A DNA stretch of 63,965 bases, counting the filler, from Octopus bimaculoides (taxonomy: Eukaryota), in NCBI RefSeq assembly GCF_001194135.2. It is 8 parts of 8 records of this genome, joined end to end, with 100 filler letters (N's around TTAATTAATTAA, not from the genome) between each part and the next. Parts side by side here need not be neighbours in the genome. Positions count along the whole stretch, not along the records: positions 60,928 to 62,669 come from NW_026362393.1; positions 62,770 to 63,965 come from NC_068996.1; 6 more parts are not named here. One strand, written 5' to 3'. Below the pieces are notes generated by a model. That model saw nothing but the letters and a program-made list of their open reading frames with translations, did no database searches and was not told the DNA's origin. Positions 62,124-63,965 of the stretch are shown piece after piece. Position 1 is the stretch's first letter, and the number at the start of each line of letters is the position of its first letter. A program made the position numbers and the translations under genes.

Positions 62124-62669
62124 ATATCTTGGTCAGCCTATGAAATTTTCAGTCAACCCTCATTGGTCTATTCAATCAGAGCTGACCTGGAACTAAGCAT
62201 CAAATTAGCAACCAGTTTTATGTATTGTCATGTAGATCAGCTGCCCAGTGGATACGAGCATTAAAATGAACGAGAAAGAGAGCATTTATGAATTTCACAT
62301 TTGTACATGTTATCATTGGCATACTCTGTTTATTATTAAATGTTTAAGTAATCATTTTTGGAAGCTGGATTTTCAAGAAAAATAAAAGACTAACAGGAAT
62401 TCTATAAATTTTGTCTGTAAACACAACAGTTAAACTATGCAACATGTTTAATAAATTTCAAATGTAATTTGGAATTTAGGTATCAACGGCTATACACTTG
62501 TTGCCATCTGAATTCCAGCAATGAAGCTTTGTTTCTTAGAAACTATCTTCTTTATAGGAAAAACTCAAAGAATTCAAAAATAATCACATATCTGCACATG
62601 CAAATACACAGAGCAGCAAATTTCAACCTTATCCCACAACACACTGTATGCTTTGGCATACAAGTATCT

Positions 62670-62769
62670 NNNNNNNNNNNNNNNNNNNNNNNNNNNNNNN
62701 NNNNNNNNNNNNNTTAATTAATTAANNNNNNNNNNNNNNNNNNNNNNNNNNNNNNNNNNNNNNNNNNNN
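62670..62769. other. Artificial scaffold-join spacer
   Basis: N44-TTAATTAATTAA (62714-62725)-N44. Confidence 0.92.
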
Positions 62770-62965
62770 GGTCACAGAAGTGTGACGAAAGAACTCTGGC
62801 CGAAATAAGATTAAGATTAAGATTAATGTAATATAAAGCTGAAAAAAAAAAATTAACACCAAATATACAGTGCGTGTGTTTTTATTGGCTAAACTGGCAA
62901 TATGACCATCCCCAAGTACAACAACATCTGTTTCAACACACGATTTCACATAAAAAATCTTGCAA

Positions 62966-62996
<31 letters not shown>

Positions 62997-63563
62997 TCAT
63001 TTGGTCGTGTATGCATGTGGTTGTGTGCATGCGCTTATAAGCGAGCATATGTAAAAAGAGGAAATGGGTGTGTATTCATGAGTGAATATACGCGTTTTTG
63101 CTTCTGTGTGTGCGTACATATGTGTGTTTGCAAGCAAGCCCTTGTTCATGTGTATGTCCATGTGTACCAAGCAAAAAAAAGAAGAAAAAAAAATAAAATA
63201 AAACAGTGTGATCTCTCTCTCTCTCTCTCTCTCTCCCTCTCTCTCTCCAACATAGTGGTATAAAGCTAGCTTATGTCACTAAACCATCTGGCATTGTGCT
63301 ACTCTACATTAGTCACCAGTGGGCTATGTAGTGCAGACAGCCAAGCCTTTGTTGTGATACAGGTGGCAGTTGGCCTGATTTTGTTGTTGTTGTTGTTATT
63401 GTTACTTCTGCTGCTACCACTGCTGCTGCTGCTACTACTGTTTGTTTGTTGCTGTTTATAGAGCAAGGCTGGTGGTGACAGTGACAGTTGCAGTAGTAGT
63501 GGTGGTAGGGGGGACGATGGTGGTGGTGGTTTTAATAGTGAATGTTATTGAGTTATTAAATGC

Positions 63564-63601
<38 letters not shown>

Positions 63602-63751
63602 ACACACATATATATGCAATATGCAGGGGAGTGTGTCCATGTGTGTGTGTGTGTGTGTGTGTTTCCGTGTGTTTCTTCATTTGCTAAAGTGTAACCAGTT
63701 ACATAAGAAGTGTCAATCAATAAAAGGGCCCAGAGTAAACAGCTCTGAAAT

Positions 63752-63797
<46 letters not shown>

Positions 63798-63856
63798 CAC
63801 ACACACACCCACGTGACTATGAAGTTACATGCCAATGATGGACACACACACTTAGG

Positions 63857-63965
63857 TACTCTTTACTTGTTTCAGTCATTTGACTGCGGCCATGCTGGAG
63901 CACTGCCTTCAGTCGAGCAAATCGACTCCAGGACTTATTCTTTGGAAGCCTAGTACTTATTCTAT
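63857..63965 (-). mobile_element. OR-like SINE 3' end, cut by the window edge
   Basis: ACTCTTTACTTGTTTCAGTCATTTGACTGCGGCCATGCTGGAGCAC... Confidence 0.85.

Overview
Eukaryotic, AT-rich, microsatellite- and SINE-dense DNA with many N gaps. It is most consistent with an octopus (cephalopod) draft assembly; the species is inferred from the repeat landscape and not verified. Seven identical 100-nt spacers (N44-TTAATTAATTAA-N44, stop codons in all six frames) split the window into eight artificially joined pieces: 1-14738, 14839-21023, 21124-28134, 28235-49861, 49962-52394, 52495-60827, 60928-62669 and 62770-63965. Adjacency across the spacers is not evidence of biological linkage. Two host genes are partly present, both on the minus strand. 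(1) TRIP11/GMAP-210 golgin: a 3.26-kb coiled-coil exon (16532-19791) and the next 72-nt exon (15345-15416). (2) A DOK4/5/6-like PH + IRS-type PTB adaptor: three phase-compatible exons (56093-56312, 54512-54637, 52512-52704), most of which the ORF track misses. The rest is transposon-derived: several modular tRNA-derived SINE families, a Penelope GIY-YIG fragment, CR1, RTE, Dong/R4 and mariner remnants, Tc1 and hAT MITEs, a probable solo LTR, and simple repeats. Most interesting observations: hammerhead-ribozyme-like folds in Penelope-type repeats (44328-44443 minus, 50350-50385 plus); near-identical inverted SINE copies bracketing DOK exons, which could form competing pre-mRNA duplexes (circRNA, exon skipping or ADAR substrates); loss of the canonical Arg residues in the DOK PTB pocket; a 60-bp higher-order satellite born from a SINE end; and a 15-nt microexon candidate folded into a hairpin. 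No prokaryotic features, CRISPR arrays, rRNA or bona fide tRNA genes were found.
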